From assembly GCF_000002075.1 (NCBI RefSeq), contig NW_004797589.1, positions 82,620-146,619 on the forward strand: DNA of 64,000 nt, read 5' to 3'. Shown piece after piece: positions 50,601-63,924 of the stretch (position 1 is the stretch's first letter; each line of letters begins with the position of its first letter). The notes under the pieces were generated by a model, which saw nothing but the letters and a program-made list of their open reading frames with translations, was not told where the DNA came from and made no database searches. The position numbers were made by a program, and so were the translations under genes. The stretch comes from Aplysia californica (Eukaryota).

Positions 50601-53600
50601 TTAGGTCTCTTCTTTGTTGTGTTTTTTGGGGTGGTCACTCGTTACTCGAAAGTCCTTCCTTATGACTTATGACACCCACAAAAGCTCCTTGGGGGGGGGG
50701 GGGGGTTGCGCAAAATTTTCAGACAATCTGGTTGAGGCTCACATGCAGGTCTATTATAAATATTCACAAAACTGCCACATAAGACTGGAAAATGTGTTTA
50801 GAAATTGACTCCCTCAAAATTTTGTTTCCAGCACGAACATAGAACTTGTCATGAGCATGATAGCAAAAACGCTTCCCTGCATTCTTGACTTTTTGTATCC
50901 AATGGAATGTGTATCCTCCTGAATAATGATATACTGACGTTTCTTCAATATACAGCACCGATTTCTTTTCACAAAATGAACATGTACAGAATAAAAGTAT
51001 AAATTTATACAATTTTTTTTCTAAACATATCCAGAGGGCTCTTGTGGCCTAGAGGTTAACTCATTCGCTGAGCCGAGCCGTGGGGGCGGCGCGGCTCAAG
51101 TGCCGTCAGTACGCTAAGCCGCCTCCGGCGGCTCGAGAACCGACGTTCAATTTTAGCTTGGTTTCTATTCCAATCCACATATCCATGTTAAAATAAAGGT
51201 CATAATATAATGTTGACTTCCGGGTCAAGCGTTTCCACCAAAAATCGGAAGTTTTGATTCAGTTTTGAAACATGATTTCGTAGTTTATTCGACTTTGTTT
51301 TATCGCGAAGCCCAAATTATAGCCCAGGCACCAGTCTTAGTACTTTAACACAACAAAATGTATCATTATTTTGCTCACTAAAGAAGTGTTGGACTCTTCT
51401 TTATAATATTGATACTATTGGACGCAAATTGCCGGTGCACTCTAATTGAGAAATCAATATTTTTGAGTGCTAGATCTAGGCCTAGATCTAAATAGTCAAA
51501 ATATTTTTTTCTCCCCAAAATCGCTACTTTTGGGTGAAATTAATCAAAAAGTACCACTCAAGACATGTATAGGTTTATTCCAAATGCAATTCTGAATAAT
51601 TCCATATAAGTTACGCGTATTTTTTTCTGTTTGTGATCCTTTTTTCAAAATTTTTTTTTTTTTAATTTTTTCCAATATCGGATGCTTTGATCCAAATGTA
51701 CAAATATTATGGAATGTATGTAAATAACTGCACATTTTTCAATATTTTCCTGTTCTATATACAGTTATGGTTATTTTGAGGTATCATTTGACTAGGTGCA
51801 AACATATTTTTTTAGTTTCACCTGAGATTATAAATTTTTTATTTTCCAATTTTATCCGCATCCAATCACAATTGTGTTGCATAATCGCCTCTTACAGGAA
51901 CCAAAGTTGAAAAATACGCAAATAGATCATGCAGATGTATTCTACAAACCATACTGAAAATGTGGGTATATAATATGTTGATATTTATTTGAATTTATGG
52001 CCCCAAAGACCTGTGAACTGCGCACTAGTCATCATCTCATTTCGCCCTCCCGAAAAGAATTCGTCCACAAGCCGAAAATAATATGTAGCGAATGAGTTAA
52101 GGTATTGGCCTCTCATTCAAAGGTCCCGGGTTCGATTCCGGGTAGCGACCAAAAAATTTTCTTCTCTAAAATTGTCTCCTTTCACATCCTTTCCTGATCT
52201 CTAACAATGTTCTGTTGTCTGCTTTCATTTCCACTTTCTGCCCCCACCCCTTCACCTCCTTTGCCCCCTCCTCTGGGCTCCTGACTCTTTCTGCAGCCTT
52301 TCTACTGCTACTCCTTGGCTCCTCCTAACTGCTGTCTTTCTGCCACACCCCTGATCTTCTGGTAGGAAAGATCTACACCTAGCCTTCTCGGACAAGGGCG
52401 AAAAATCTTGGAGGGCCCGTGTGCAAGTTGCGGACGTTAAAGATCGCTTGGTGGTCTAAAATCGATTAGAGTAGGCTTCGGCCGCCACCCGGGCAAAATT
52501 CAAAATTTCCTACCAACGAAAAAGTATTAGTGTGTCCCGCGCGCTCATATGACCTTATGCAGTTGCGAGCGCCGTAAAACCCTATACTAAACAAAACAAA
52601 CCTATCCAGCAGCACGCAATGAGGGAGCTTTGCATAGCTGTCTGTCAAAATGATTTTTTGAGAAATACTGAAAGTTTCAAAGAGATCTTCGCACTAGAAG
52701 TATTCTAAAATGTGAAGAATACAACCCCTGGGGTACAAAATGACTCCAGGCGTACGGATAGGGTTAAGAGATTCTAGCAATTGTCTTTGTGATTCATGTC
52801 ACCGAGGTATTTTTTTTTCATCTTACAGTTATTAAATTGTTTGTCGCTAGTAGGAGAGCAGCACTCGTTGGTCCTACTTCTTTTCTCTCCATTTTTTTTC
52901 TCTACGTATTTCTTGCTTTTTCACTGTACTGAATTACCATTATGGTGTCCATGTCCTTCACTTTACTCCAACTAGGTTAAGGCTATAATGTTCTCTTTTA
53001 AATCAGTTCCTTCTGTCCTGTGTCTGACCCTGGTGCTACTGACTGAAGTTGTCTTTAGGCCATTCCCAAAGGGGGGATATTAACATGTTCTTATGCACAG
53101 TAGAATTGTAAATCTGCTGATTTATCATTGTCATGCTCATACTGTGCCGGAACAGCATAGGGGGAACTGCTGCTTTTTCTTTCCTCAAACTTATTATCGT
53201 CCCCATTTTGCCTCTACTTCTTTTGTATGTTTGTCACTCTCTCTAGTTAACTGCTATTTCCGGGGTGTTGAAGCAGACTTGTGCTGTTTAGGCTAGAGAT
53301 GTGAGCAGGTAAGCCCGATTCCCCGTTTGGACTTCTCTGTTGACATCCACCCCTTGGCGCTCATATGACGTTATGCAGTTGCGGGTGCTGTAAAACCTTG
53401 CTAAAACGAACATGTCCTGTGTCTAGCTCTCTATGGTGCTGGTCTGTTGTCTGAGGCTCCAGTATTTTATAACAAAAGGAAACGAACCTCTGAAACACTA
53501 TTGCCACCCTTGAATTCAAGCATTATGCTCTCACAAAAACGTAAAAGATCAGAATTATACTTTGAATATGCACACTGCTAAATCATCTGGCAAATTTCAC

Positions 53601-53816
53601 CCATAGTTCCAAGGAACAAATTACATAATGTTTTAACAACATAGTTCTACATAGTGTGTTTTCTTTGTTTCTCATTACTGGGGATTTTTTTTTGGTTGGG
53701 GGGGGGGGGGGGGGGGGGTGTTAGTGTTATATTTTTGTTATAACATTTCGAGGTTTTCAATATATATTCAATTAGAGAGTTGTTTTATCATTCCTATGTA
53801 TCTACATTTCTGTTGT

Positions 53817-53838
53817 TTCTCCTTAACCTGTCCTCCAG
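53817..53838 (+). promoter_or_regulatory. U12-type branch point (TTCTCCTTAAC) and AG acceptor
   Basis: CCTTAAC about 10 nt upstream of the AG, with no long polypyrimidine tract. Confidence 0.9.
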
Positions 53839-53903
53839 ATATGGCTCGGGTTTACAACTGGGACGTAAAGAGACGGCAAGCAGAGAAGGAGGCGAAATCT
53901 TAA
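53839..53903 (+). CDS. VBP1: Prefoldin subunit 3 last exon: (N)MARVYNWDVKRRQAEKEAKS*
   Basis: NMARVYNWDV signature; phase-1 join; TAA at 53901-53903. Confidence 0.95.
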
Positions 53904-54442
53904 ACTTATTAGTGTCCCCAATGTTTGCTTTTGTATACATGGATATATCTAGGAATCACAGCAAAACCTTCCCCTGCCTGTACATTCAGTTCAATCGTCA
54001 TTAGTGATCATATATATATATATATATATACGTGTGCGTGAGTGTGTGTGTGTGATGTGATTGCTTGTTTTCATCTTCATGTGGCTATGTTTTCCTCTTT
54101 TGATAATAGACTGACTGTGCTCTTTTCATTTCATGAACATGCCAGTTTGATTAGCGTTTTGTTTTTTGTGTTTTTTGGGGGGGGGGGTTCCCATAATCCT
54201 GAAATATGCTTGCTTCATTTCCTGAACAAATTGTGTACAAAAGTGGTAATTTAAGTCCTGAGAAAAACACAAAAGTACCGATGTTATATAAATATCTGTC
54301 ATTATTTTGGGGCATTTTTGCTTGCTTTGCTTTTTTATTTTGAAATATAAAATGAACTAGTCACTTGTCATCTCGTGCAGGTAGGCTGAATCAGGCTTTA
54401 GCCCAAATGTTGTAATGAAATTATGAGTAAAGCTATTATTAA

Positions 54443-55147
54443 CACATTACACCCTAAGGGCCTGGACGGAAAGTCCATTGTTAGATCCTAAGCAAGGGGA
54501 AAGAACCCACCTCCCGTGAATACTAGCCTTTAAAAAACACTTTAAAAAAATACTAAACAAATTCCAAAAATCCTGAAAAAATAGAAGTTAAAAAGAAAAC
54601 TGAATGTAGTTTCAGAAAAATATAACTTTCTGTATGCGCAAACTGTTGGAAATGTTCTAACTTTATTTCAATCGGGGTGTCCGACCAGTCACTCTCACTC
54701 TCAGCCTCGCGGTCGGGCCCTAGATCTAAATTCTAGATTTTCTCCGTCTGATCAATCGGAATCGCCCCAAACTCTTCCTATAACATTTTCATCAAAATCT
54801 GAGCCATCTGATTTGTCACATGCTCGTTTTTGCTCAAATCCATCGTTATTTCCGTTTTCGAACTCAATTGTGTCGCTTTTCAACAAGTCGAGACACTTTC
54901 GAAGTGTTGGTAACGCGATCGCACTTCGATCAGCTCTAATACTAAAACTACTGGCCCGAAAAATGTCGTTTCGGTATCAAACGAAAGAAGAAACTTTTTG
55001 CTGAACTATGCAAATCAAAATCCCGGCCCCAGAGTCTCGTCAAGGCGAGACTTTCGTTTCTAAAGACGCTGGGTCGGCGCGGGCGGTTCCGGGCGAGTCA
55101 GGGTGGAGCGCGTAAGGGAATTCCCGGGTGAGTTAGGGTGTAATGTG
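54443..55147. mobile_element. piggyBac-like MITE
   Basis: TTAA|CACATTACACCCTAA ... TTAGGGTGTAATGTG|TTAA. Confidence 0.85.
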
Positions 55148-57097
55148 TTAAGGGGTGTTGAATCTTTTGTTATTTCAGCATCCTTTTACATGACAGATTT
55201 GCCATTTTTCTAGACTTTGCTTTCTAATAATGTAAAGCAGGAAAAGTTACATTTCCAATTACTTAAGTCAAGCACAAGTATATGATCCGCTAAGCATTAA
55301 TTGCTCTGTGTAGAGTTTTGCAATAAACGAAACATATGTCATGCAAAAATTGGTGGTTTACGTCTTGCTTGTGATCTAGGGCTCCTCTTCTTATGTTTGT
55401 GTTGTGCAGTGGCACATAAGTAATTGTACTGTTGTATATAACAGTAGTCCCTGCTTGTTTGTCGAACTTCAAGTGTGGACGGCTAATTTATTCGGCCACT
55501 AATTTCTCACGGCGAAAACTTTGTTGTAATTGAGCCACTGTTTCGGATTCAGTCCTCCGCTTTAGAAATGACCAAATCATTTCTTTTCAATACAGGGTTT
55601 TTCTTCTTTTGCTAAGGGGTACATAGTACATAACGTTTGTGTGAGCCTTAGATAATGAAAAAAATTGTGGGTGGTTGGCGGGTGCTCTGGTATGGTTTGC
55701 TTTTTTTACTATCAAACATCTATCGTCTTTATCTCCCCTCCTTTTTTGTGTATGTTACTCTCTTGTAACACATCAATTCTTTAGCACTTATATGACCTTA
55801 TTATGTTGCAAGTCAAGTGCCGTAAAACACTTACTAAAACAAAGGAAAAAATTGTTTTTATCATCATTTGCAAACTCTATCACTTTGTGCCCAAGACGGT
55901 TGATCAGTGCACTGGGCCAAAAGTTATAAATTAATGAAAGGCCTTAATAATTATTTTTTAAATATATATATTACAACGAAAAATTTGATACTGAATAAAC
56001 TGTAAAAAATTATACGTTTAAAGTAAGGAGGAAGACTCGTGTGGAAGGTGCCAAATCCAGACCAACACCATTGACTTTGACTAGGCAAATGAAACAGCAA
56101 ATAATAAACTAGATTAGTTCTATGAGGCAAATTTGGTACCATGGACTTTAGTAGATCAGTGAGAGAGATACAAATCTGGGGGTATTAATTTTTTAAAATG
56201 TAATGTAAACATCTTGGATGGAACTTGATGAGAAAATTCCAACCTCTGTTGTAATGAGATAATGAAGTTTGGATGGAATGATGCCGAAAACACCAACTCG
56301 GCCTTGACGAGATAATTTAGTAGAGGGGGGTCCATAGCTTGCAGACGCATACTATGTTTCCGCTGATTGATGGGGCCAATCAGCAGTACACTACACATTG
56401 TATTCTAAATTAAAGTGTATTACATGATAGGCCTTAGGCAAGACTAGTGAAATAAAGACTTAAGCGTGGTGTAATTGTTCTGTCCCCGTCGTTTTATGCA
56501 AGAAAAATTATGAAATTATGCTAACTGAGCCCAAAAATGTAAAACTATGCGTTTCTGTTAATTTCATCAAAGAATGATAAAGAAAAATAATCGGAATTGT
56601 GAAAAAAATTGTATTCCAAAAATGTCCTTTATATAGTCCAAATTTTAAAAAATAATAAGATTTTCGTGATCAACGACTCAAAATAAATTAGCAAAAAATC
56701 GCGCGAGGAACGCAAGTTAATGCCCGATTAAGTTATTTTTGTGTGTTTTGATATTTTTTCACCATTCGGCCCGCTCATGGCCTAGATTGCATCTGATCTT
56801 CAAGTTCAAGATGGGCGAAATCGAGCTTGCATGTGTCTGTGCTCTGTTGCTTCGTATTAGAAAAAAAAAAAGAAGAGAAAACAGTATTTGAGATTACTCT
56901 CGGCTCAATTCCGTAGGCTTTATGGTGACCTCCGTTGTTATCCTAATTTTTTTTTCAGCTACTACTACTACTACGAAATGGGCATTGAAAGCTTTGACCA
57001 CTGTTTATTTTCAAGTTTTCTGTCCTGATCAGACAGACCTTCCCATCCCGAGACGATTGTTTCACATAACATGTACATGTACTTCTATCTATGCCTT

Positions 57098-57277
57098 GTG
57101 GGTGGTTGGCGGGTGCTCTGGTGTGGTTTGCTTCTTCTTTCCTATCCAACATCTATCGTCTTTATCTCTCCTCCTTCTTTTTTTGTGTTTGTTACTCTCT
57201 TGTAACACATCTAATCTTCGGCACTTATATGACCTTATTGTGTTGCAAGTGCCGTAAAATACGTACTAAAACAAACA
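57098..57277 (+). mobile_element. Short retroposon, family C (also at 55666-55842 and 41185-41342)
   Basis: GTGGGTGGTTGGCGGGTGCTCTGG...TATATGACCTTATTGTGTTGCAAGTGCCGTAAAA. Confidence 0.65.
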
Positions 57278-57529
57278 ATCTATGCCTTGGCTTTTACTTC
57301 AATTTCGATTACAATAGTCAACATCAGCCTTGTACAAACATGATTTACTTTCCCACTGCACAAATAGTCAAACTCGGATATAACGGGACCGGCCGTTTTT
57401 CCCTGTTATAAGCGAGTCCTGATAACCGTTATCAAGGGAAACTACCAGTACATGTACCATTGCACCTTCAGCTTTCTATGTGTTTAAAAGTTTATGTCAT
57501 GTTTACTTTACAGCAAGCGATCTTTCAAA

Positions 57530-58893
57530 GGGGGTTCTCGTGGCCTAGAGGTTAAGGTGTTTGCCCCTCATTCAAAGTCGAAGGTCCAAGGTTCGAATCC
57601 GGGTAAAATTGTCTCCTTTCACCTCCTTTCCTGTACTCTAGAAATGTTCCGTCATCTGCTTCCGTCTCCACTTTCTGCCCCCTCCCACTCACCCCCTTTG
57701 CCCCCTCCTCTGGGCTCCTGACTCTTTCTGCAGCCTTTCTACTGTTACTGTTACTCTTTGCGCCTTCTTACTTCAGTGGAGTCCACTTATAACGAGCCCT
57801 GAAACAACGAGAAGTCTGTTATAAAGACACTACTAAAACCCCGTTTTTTCCCCTTCTTTATCTTTGTAAATAAAATACTGCTATAGCGCAATCGGACACA
57901 CACAGGAGTCGGTTATATAGCGGAATATTGCTGCTGCTGTGAACAGCGCACAGGCCAGTTATACATATAAGCCTCGCCAGTTGAGAAACTTGTTGGTGAT
58001 CTAGCGAAACCTAGGACCTTACATCAACTCCTTGAGCGAAACAAAGAATAGGAGAGCCCACGTTTGCCAACAATGAAGGCCGGGGCGAATGGATGGGGAG
58101 GGTGTGGTAAGCGCAGACAAGAAGAACGCATCGTGTGATACGCCAGCCTAGTCTAGATTATCTAGGCCAACCTCTCCCCATTTCCTCACTTCTCCGATGC
58201 GGGGATAGAGAGGTCACAATGCTGTGATGGATAGAGTGAATGTGTAGTAACGTGCGCAAGCAGACGAAACACACCACATGGTGTGTTGGGGTGGGGGACA
58301 ACACAGCGGGCGAGTTAGCCCAGAGCTCATTCTTTCTGATCGCCAACGCCGTGCTGTCAACATCGGTAGCGCTTGAGAAAGAAACCCGATTTGATTTTTG
58401 ATCAAGTAAGACCTAGAGGCTAGAGGTCATGTTGAACTATGTCATCATCAGGGGAGATAACAAAAAGAAATAAACAGAACACCAAACTGCTAGATTATAC
58501 CCACTTTATTATTTCCATTGAATTTATTACTGGATTCCTTATAACGAGAATCCGGGTATAACGGACTTTTCACTCCGGTCCCCTCCCTCTCGTTATAACA
58601 GGATTCCATTGTACTGTCTTTCAGTCACACCCCTGATCTTCTGGTAGGAAAGGTCTACATCTAGCCTTCTCGGACAAGGGCGAAAAATCTCTGACTCTGA
58701 GGTCCCGTGTGCAAGTTGCGCACGTTCAAGATTCCTTAGTGGTATAAAATCGATAAAGAGTAGGCTTCGGCCTCGGGAAAAATTCAAATTTCCTACCTAC
58801 CGAAAATGTTTGGTGTGTCCCGCGCCCTCATATTGGACTCACATGACCTTATGCAGTTGCGAGCGCCGTAAAACTCTGACCAAAAAAAAAAAG
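57530..58893 (+). mobile_element. tRNA-SINE (Nin/Deu-like) split by a Tigger-like MITE at 57774-58611
   Basis: SINE head at 57530-57773 resumes at 58612; MITE ends CAGTGGAGTCCACTTATAACGAG and CTCGTTATAACAGGATTCCATTG|TA. Confidence 0.75.
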
Positions 58894-59301
58894 ATAATAC
58901 AAACAGACGAAATGTCTTGGCTGAGACAAATTTTAATAATTAAACGGATCGAAAGCAAGTTCATGCGCTGCAATATCACTGATATATCCGAGTCTTCGCA
59001 AATAGAACCCCGTTATAGCCAGGTTCATATTAATTTTAATTACACTTCAAAGCGCTTTGGGGGGGGGGGGGGGGGGGGAGTTTGATTGATCACTGCCAAG
59101 TTTCTGTTACAAATCACAGACGATGCTACCCGGGAATGGGATAGTCCTGTCCCACTGATTTTGTAGCAATTCATAACTGCTCCGGACTCGGTGCGATAAA
59201 ACTGTCTTGTCCCGATAGGTGCGGTACATTACACTCCAGTTCAAAGGTTTCCATTTCCAGACGGGTCCTGTCCCGGAACGGACTGTCGTAGTGCAACGTA
59301 A

Positions 59302-59334
<33 letters not shown>

Positions 59335-60269
59335 CTTCTGTGTTGTTTAGGCCAATGAAGAAGGCGCTACCGTTGTAGATTCGCTGATCAATCCGAAATG
59401 AGGCTTTCTAAATCTAAATCTAAATCTGTAAAAGTCCTGAGCTTACGAGCACAGTGCCTTACAGCGGTGAAAAAAACACTACTAAAAAAACATTTCAACG
59501 CACTCCTTGCGCACGGTACTACATATTATGTCTTGATCTGTTACTGTTGCGTGAAGGAAATAATTTCATAGGCTATAATATGAGACATCAAAATGCGTCC
59601 GTTTTGAGCAGGGGTGGCAACTATTGTCTGTTCTATTCTTTGTCTATCTCTGAAATTTCCAGTGAGCTGAAATGTTTGGGCGAACCGAGAAACCGTCAAG
59701 GTAGAGGTACTTCAATTTTACTGTCTAATTACTGCTTCTCGGACAGGTTCCGCTTTGAACTAGGCCGAGGCAATAATTATGGTCAGTTTCGCTAGATTAG
59801 ATTGAGACAGCTTGTAATTGTAATGAAAGAAAATCAAAATTGACCCCCCCCCCTTTTTTCCCCCACAAAAAGAAAGAAAGAAAAAAAACAGGACTTTGGC
59901 TTGGACTGAATATGACATTATATTAATATGTAGATCTAGTATGTGTCTTGCTCCAGGCAAATAAAATTATTGTCATATATTGCGTCCCATGAGCACACTT
60001 TACTGAAGCATAGTTTACTATAATAATAATGAGGTAAGAGGTTAATTAAAAGTACTCTTGGAAATAACATTAACAAAATCGTGCATATGTGTGGGTGCAT
60101 TGGCAGCAATTCGATCACCTTCTGTGGCTCCACAGCTAGTCTAGATAGTGGCGATCAGGGGATACATTTGTATTTGGCTTATAGAATTTAAAAATTGTTT
60201 TTATTTTTAATTTTTAATAGCATCAGAGGTATATTTCATAATATATTTCACATGAAAGTATTCACAGTA

Positions 60270-60730
60270 GAATAGGAGGCTGAATTGGCGCAGTGCATGT
60301 TGAAGTGTGCCAAAATTCTATCGTTCGACAATTATTGCTAACTACAGAAATCTCGTCTATGAAATCACTGTTGCAAATCACCTAAGACTAAGACCTTTCG
60401 TACCAATCTTTGTGGGATGATGCAAAATGTTTCAGAAAGGAGTGGCATATGGGCTTTATCTGGAGACACCGGCAACTCGGTTTGCGACAACCAGAGGACT
60501 ACCCCATAGGCAAGAGCCACAGCCTTCAGCAGACATTCTGTGTAACGTTTTTCAACTAGCAGCGGGCTCTTTAATCCAAGATAGTAACCTGGGTGTCTCT
60601 GCAGCTCAGATACTCAATCTTGACCAAACAGGAATCACAACAGTTCACAAAGTCCCAAAAGACATTGTACCTCGTGGTGCGTGGTACTACGAGTAAACTA
60701 TAGCAGTTGGGCCGGATAACATCAGCAGAG
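60270..60730 (+). mobile_element. Degenerate pogo/DDE_1-type transposase fragment
   Basis: ILNLDQTGITTVHKVPK resembles the pogo motif IxNxDETGxxTV. Confidence 0.6.
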
Positions 60731-61379
60731 CGGTGGCATATGTTGTGTGAGTTCTCAATAAAAACCACCTCGTTTTATTATGTTGGGGTTGTTGTTAAAG
60801 AATGAGACGAAGATCGATGTCGGAGAAGATTTTTTTCAGAGGAAAGGGCAAAAAAAAAGAGTCCACACTTTGTAAACCAGCAGTAGAAGACATGTTTTCC
60901 TCAGCTCATCATATAGAAATCTAATGACACCATCTGAGCCATATTACTCCCACCCACATTTAGAATTCAGATATATACATGTATATATATATATATGTCG
61001 ACTTCAGCACCCTATAAAACCACCATTCTATCTCTGTTGTACTGCTTATAACTGGTTTTTAAACACAATAAATGTTGCTTTGATTGATATAAACCATAAT
61101 TTGTCCTTTGTTATTTCATTTTTGAGTTCTTTCGGGGTTTTTTTCTCCAAAAATCCTCCCATGGTGGCCCATTTCTCCCCACTCGATCTCCCATATAATA
61201 AAATTATTATATGGGATATATAAATCAAAGTGAAAGTCTGCAGTCGACACAGAAAATATATATAAGAACCATGGGAGAACCTTTTCAATCTGCTTATAAA
61301 AGGCACCACAGTACGGAAACCGCTCTTTTAAAGGTATCATCAGATGTTTTAAATGAAATCGATAATTAAAAAATCTGTG

Positions 61380-61910
61380 TTTTGGTTCTGCTTGATTTGT
61401 AATTTGTCAGCGGCGTTCGATACCATCGACCACGAAATTTTACTAGAGAGATTGGAAAAGTCATTTTTACTATCAGGTACTGTTCTAATGTGGTTTAAAT
61501 CATATCTAGACAATAGATTTATGTCAGTCAAAATTGGCAATGATGTGTCAGATAGGTTACCTCTAAAGTACGGAGTTCCCCAGGGTTCTAGAAAAGCAGA
61601 AAATCTAGAAATTTTAAAGAAGAAACTAAACGCATTTCTATTTTCATCATATTTCGATTAGACAGAATCCATCCAAGCTGTATAGATCGTTGTGAGTTTG
61701 TATGTGCGTATGTGCATAATATGTACGTATGTGTGTATGTATGTGTGTGTGGTGCGTGTGTGCGTGAGTGAATTGTGTTTGCACGAGTATGTAACACTAT
61801 GTACCTTTAAAATTGATTTGTAAATCCATAATATGTATCATGTTAAGCGCATAGAGCATTGCATAAGTGGATATGCGCTATATAAATGCAATCCATTATT
61901 TTTATTATTA
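61380..61910 (+). mobile_element. Internally deleted L2/CR1-group LINE fragment with 3'UTR
   Basis: LSAAFDTIDH..LL.RL, WFKSYL, GVPQGS, then a jump to C-terminal LKKKLNAFLF; L2-type tail. Confidence 0.8.
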
Positions 61911-63131
61911 TATAAATACTGACTCGAATTATTATATCGTACATTATTACATTTTTGACTAACTCATAGAAAATGAAAACTGAGCACAGTAAAATGTAAA
62001 TTTCTGTAAATGATGGACCGGCAACAACACGTGCAGGCCTAAGGCAAAAATGTGTTTCAAGTTTATGGATGATTTCTATACCAAAGTAAAAAGGGAGAGA
62101 ACAATAATTTGTCCATAATCTGCCGGATGCCTTTCCAAGTGTATACAAAAGGCAACTTATTTTTTCTTAAATAGGCCTACAGTACAGTCTAAAGTAGACT
62201 AGATCTAGATCAAGGCCTAAAGTCAAAAGCCAGCAAAGGGACTGATGCTTAAGACTCTTAATTCTTACCTGGATACACTCCAGAACAACAGATGGGCCTG
62301 CTCCTTAAGGCAGTTTAGGTTTAACAATTTAGACGTAACCGTAATCATATTTGGACATCTGCAACTGTTTCTTACGTAATATATTAACATTTACCATGCC
62401 CACAGATTACAAAATTATTTAATTTTGATCCACGGACTTCAAAGTATTGGTACGATTTCTCTCTTTCTATACTGCTAAAGCTTATTTACACACCCCTCCC
62501 CCTCACATCCGGTTCGTCAAGACTCCCTCCATCCATAGCCTACTAGATCTAAACGCTGGAGGAACTGTGATTGCGTGGTGTTCCTGCTGTTTTGACTCTT
62601 TGTGCTTGAAATAGACAATTTTGCACTGTGTTTTCAACGTCCGTTATTAGACGAATTTACGTCATATTAGATAACATTTTGTTTGCAACATTTTGGAATG
62701 ATTGTGATGTGTGTAGTACAAGTGTGACCAGTGAGTGCCTGCAGTCTTCAATGTGACTCCGAGACCAGATAGATTCTAGACTGAGCCGCAGTGGGTGAGA
62801 CTCCTGAGAATGGTGCTCGTGACACTGGTGTGGTGAGGAAATAGTCCGAGGACTCAGTTTAGTTTAGAAGATTGTTGTTTTGGAGTCTAGCCTACGTTGC
62901 CAACGGGCTAGAATATAAAGTCTATTGTTCCAGGTCTTATTGACTTACTACTGGAACTGGAATGAATTGGAACCTTAGTTGGCCTTGGACTTCAGGGTTT
63001 GTTTTTAAAAAAAAACAATTGGCCAATTGGGGAAAATTTAATCCTGATTAAACGGTATTACTTTCATTTAAAAGGACATATCTAGAGCCAAGACATCAAG
63101 TCAAGACAAAGTTTGAAACAAATTGTTAAAC

Positions 63132-63924
63132 ATGTTGAATGCGGATAGAAATAAGAGTAAGAGGGAGGAGACAACATTTCCCTCAGGTTATAGTCATATT
63201 GATGGTAATACTACTATTAGTAATAGTAATATGAAAGTCAATATGAAAAAGGAACTGCATTCGTGTTGTGAACGTTCATGTGCAGATACCAATATATATG
63301 AAGATGTAACACCTGGGCTTGATGTTTTTCCTGTTGTGAAAACTGAACCTGGACCTGGTTCTTCTAGGTCTCGTTGTAGCAGTGATAGCACTGATAAAGT
63401 AAATAAAAATCATGTTGCCCCTGACATTGGAAGTAGAAGTGTGGAGACTGTGGTAAAAGAAGAGTCTGGTTCTAACTTGGTGCAAGTACCATGCAATATA
63501 ACTGATGATATCGGACAGACGGTGGAAAACAAATTTATTGACATTGTTGAGATTAAAGAAGAGCCTTTGTTTTTGTTTCCTGAAGAAGAACGAGACCAAA
63601 AAACTAACGCGATTCAGAAAAGGGCTGATGTTGTTAAAGACGAACCACAATTTGGACTTTTATCTGATCAAAATGTGGAAGAGAATGATAATGTGAAGCA
63701 GGAAGTGTTTGAACGGGAGTGTGGATTAATGTTGGATCGTTCCAGTCAGGCTGGAGAAATACATCTGCAAATTTCTGATGTGCGGAGCTTGGTGCAGAGT
63801 TCAAACCCAGACAATGGTGGTGTTGCATCCAGCAGCTCAACATCAGTTGTTTCTGCTGATCCAGCACTTTTGAAATGCGACATCACAAATTCATGCTCTG
63901 CTGACTTCGGTTGCTGTGATCAAG
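63132..63924 (+). CDS. Probable first coding exon (264 codons) of an unknown nuclear protein with repeated psi-K-x-E motifs
   Basis: ATG at 63132 after an in-frame stop; frame open to the window end, so missed by the ORF track; CAAG|GTAAAA donor at 63925; MKKE, VKTE, VKEE, IKEE, VKDE, VKQE. Confidence 0.7.

Larger units (their letters stand above)
46025..53699 (+). repeat. 7.7-kb near-identical tandem copy of 38220-45924
   Basis: Offset 7805 then 7775; a few SNPs and a TCTAGA copy-number difference; separated by 100 N. Confidence 0.95.

Noticed and set aside
56030-56900. Possible Harbinger transposase remnant
   Set aside because: Similarity too faint to support without a search
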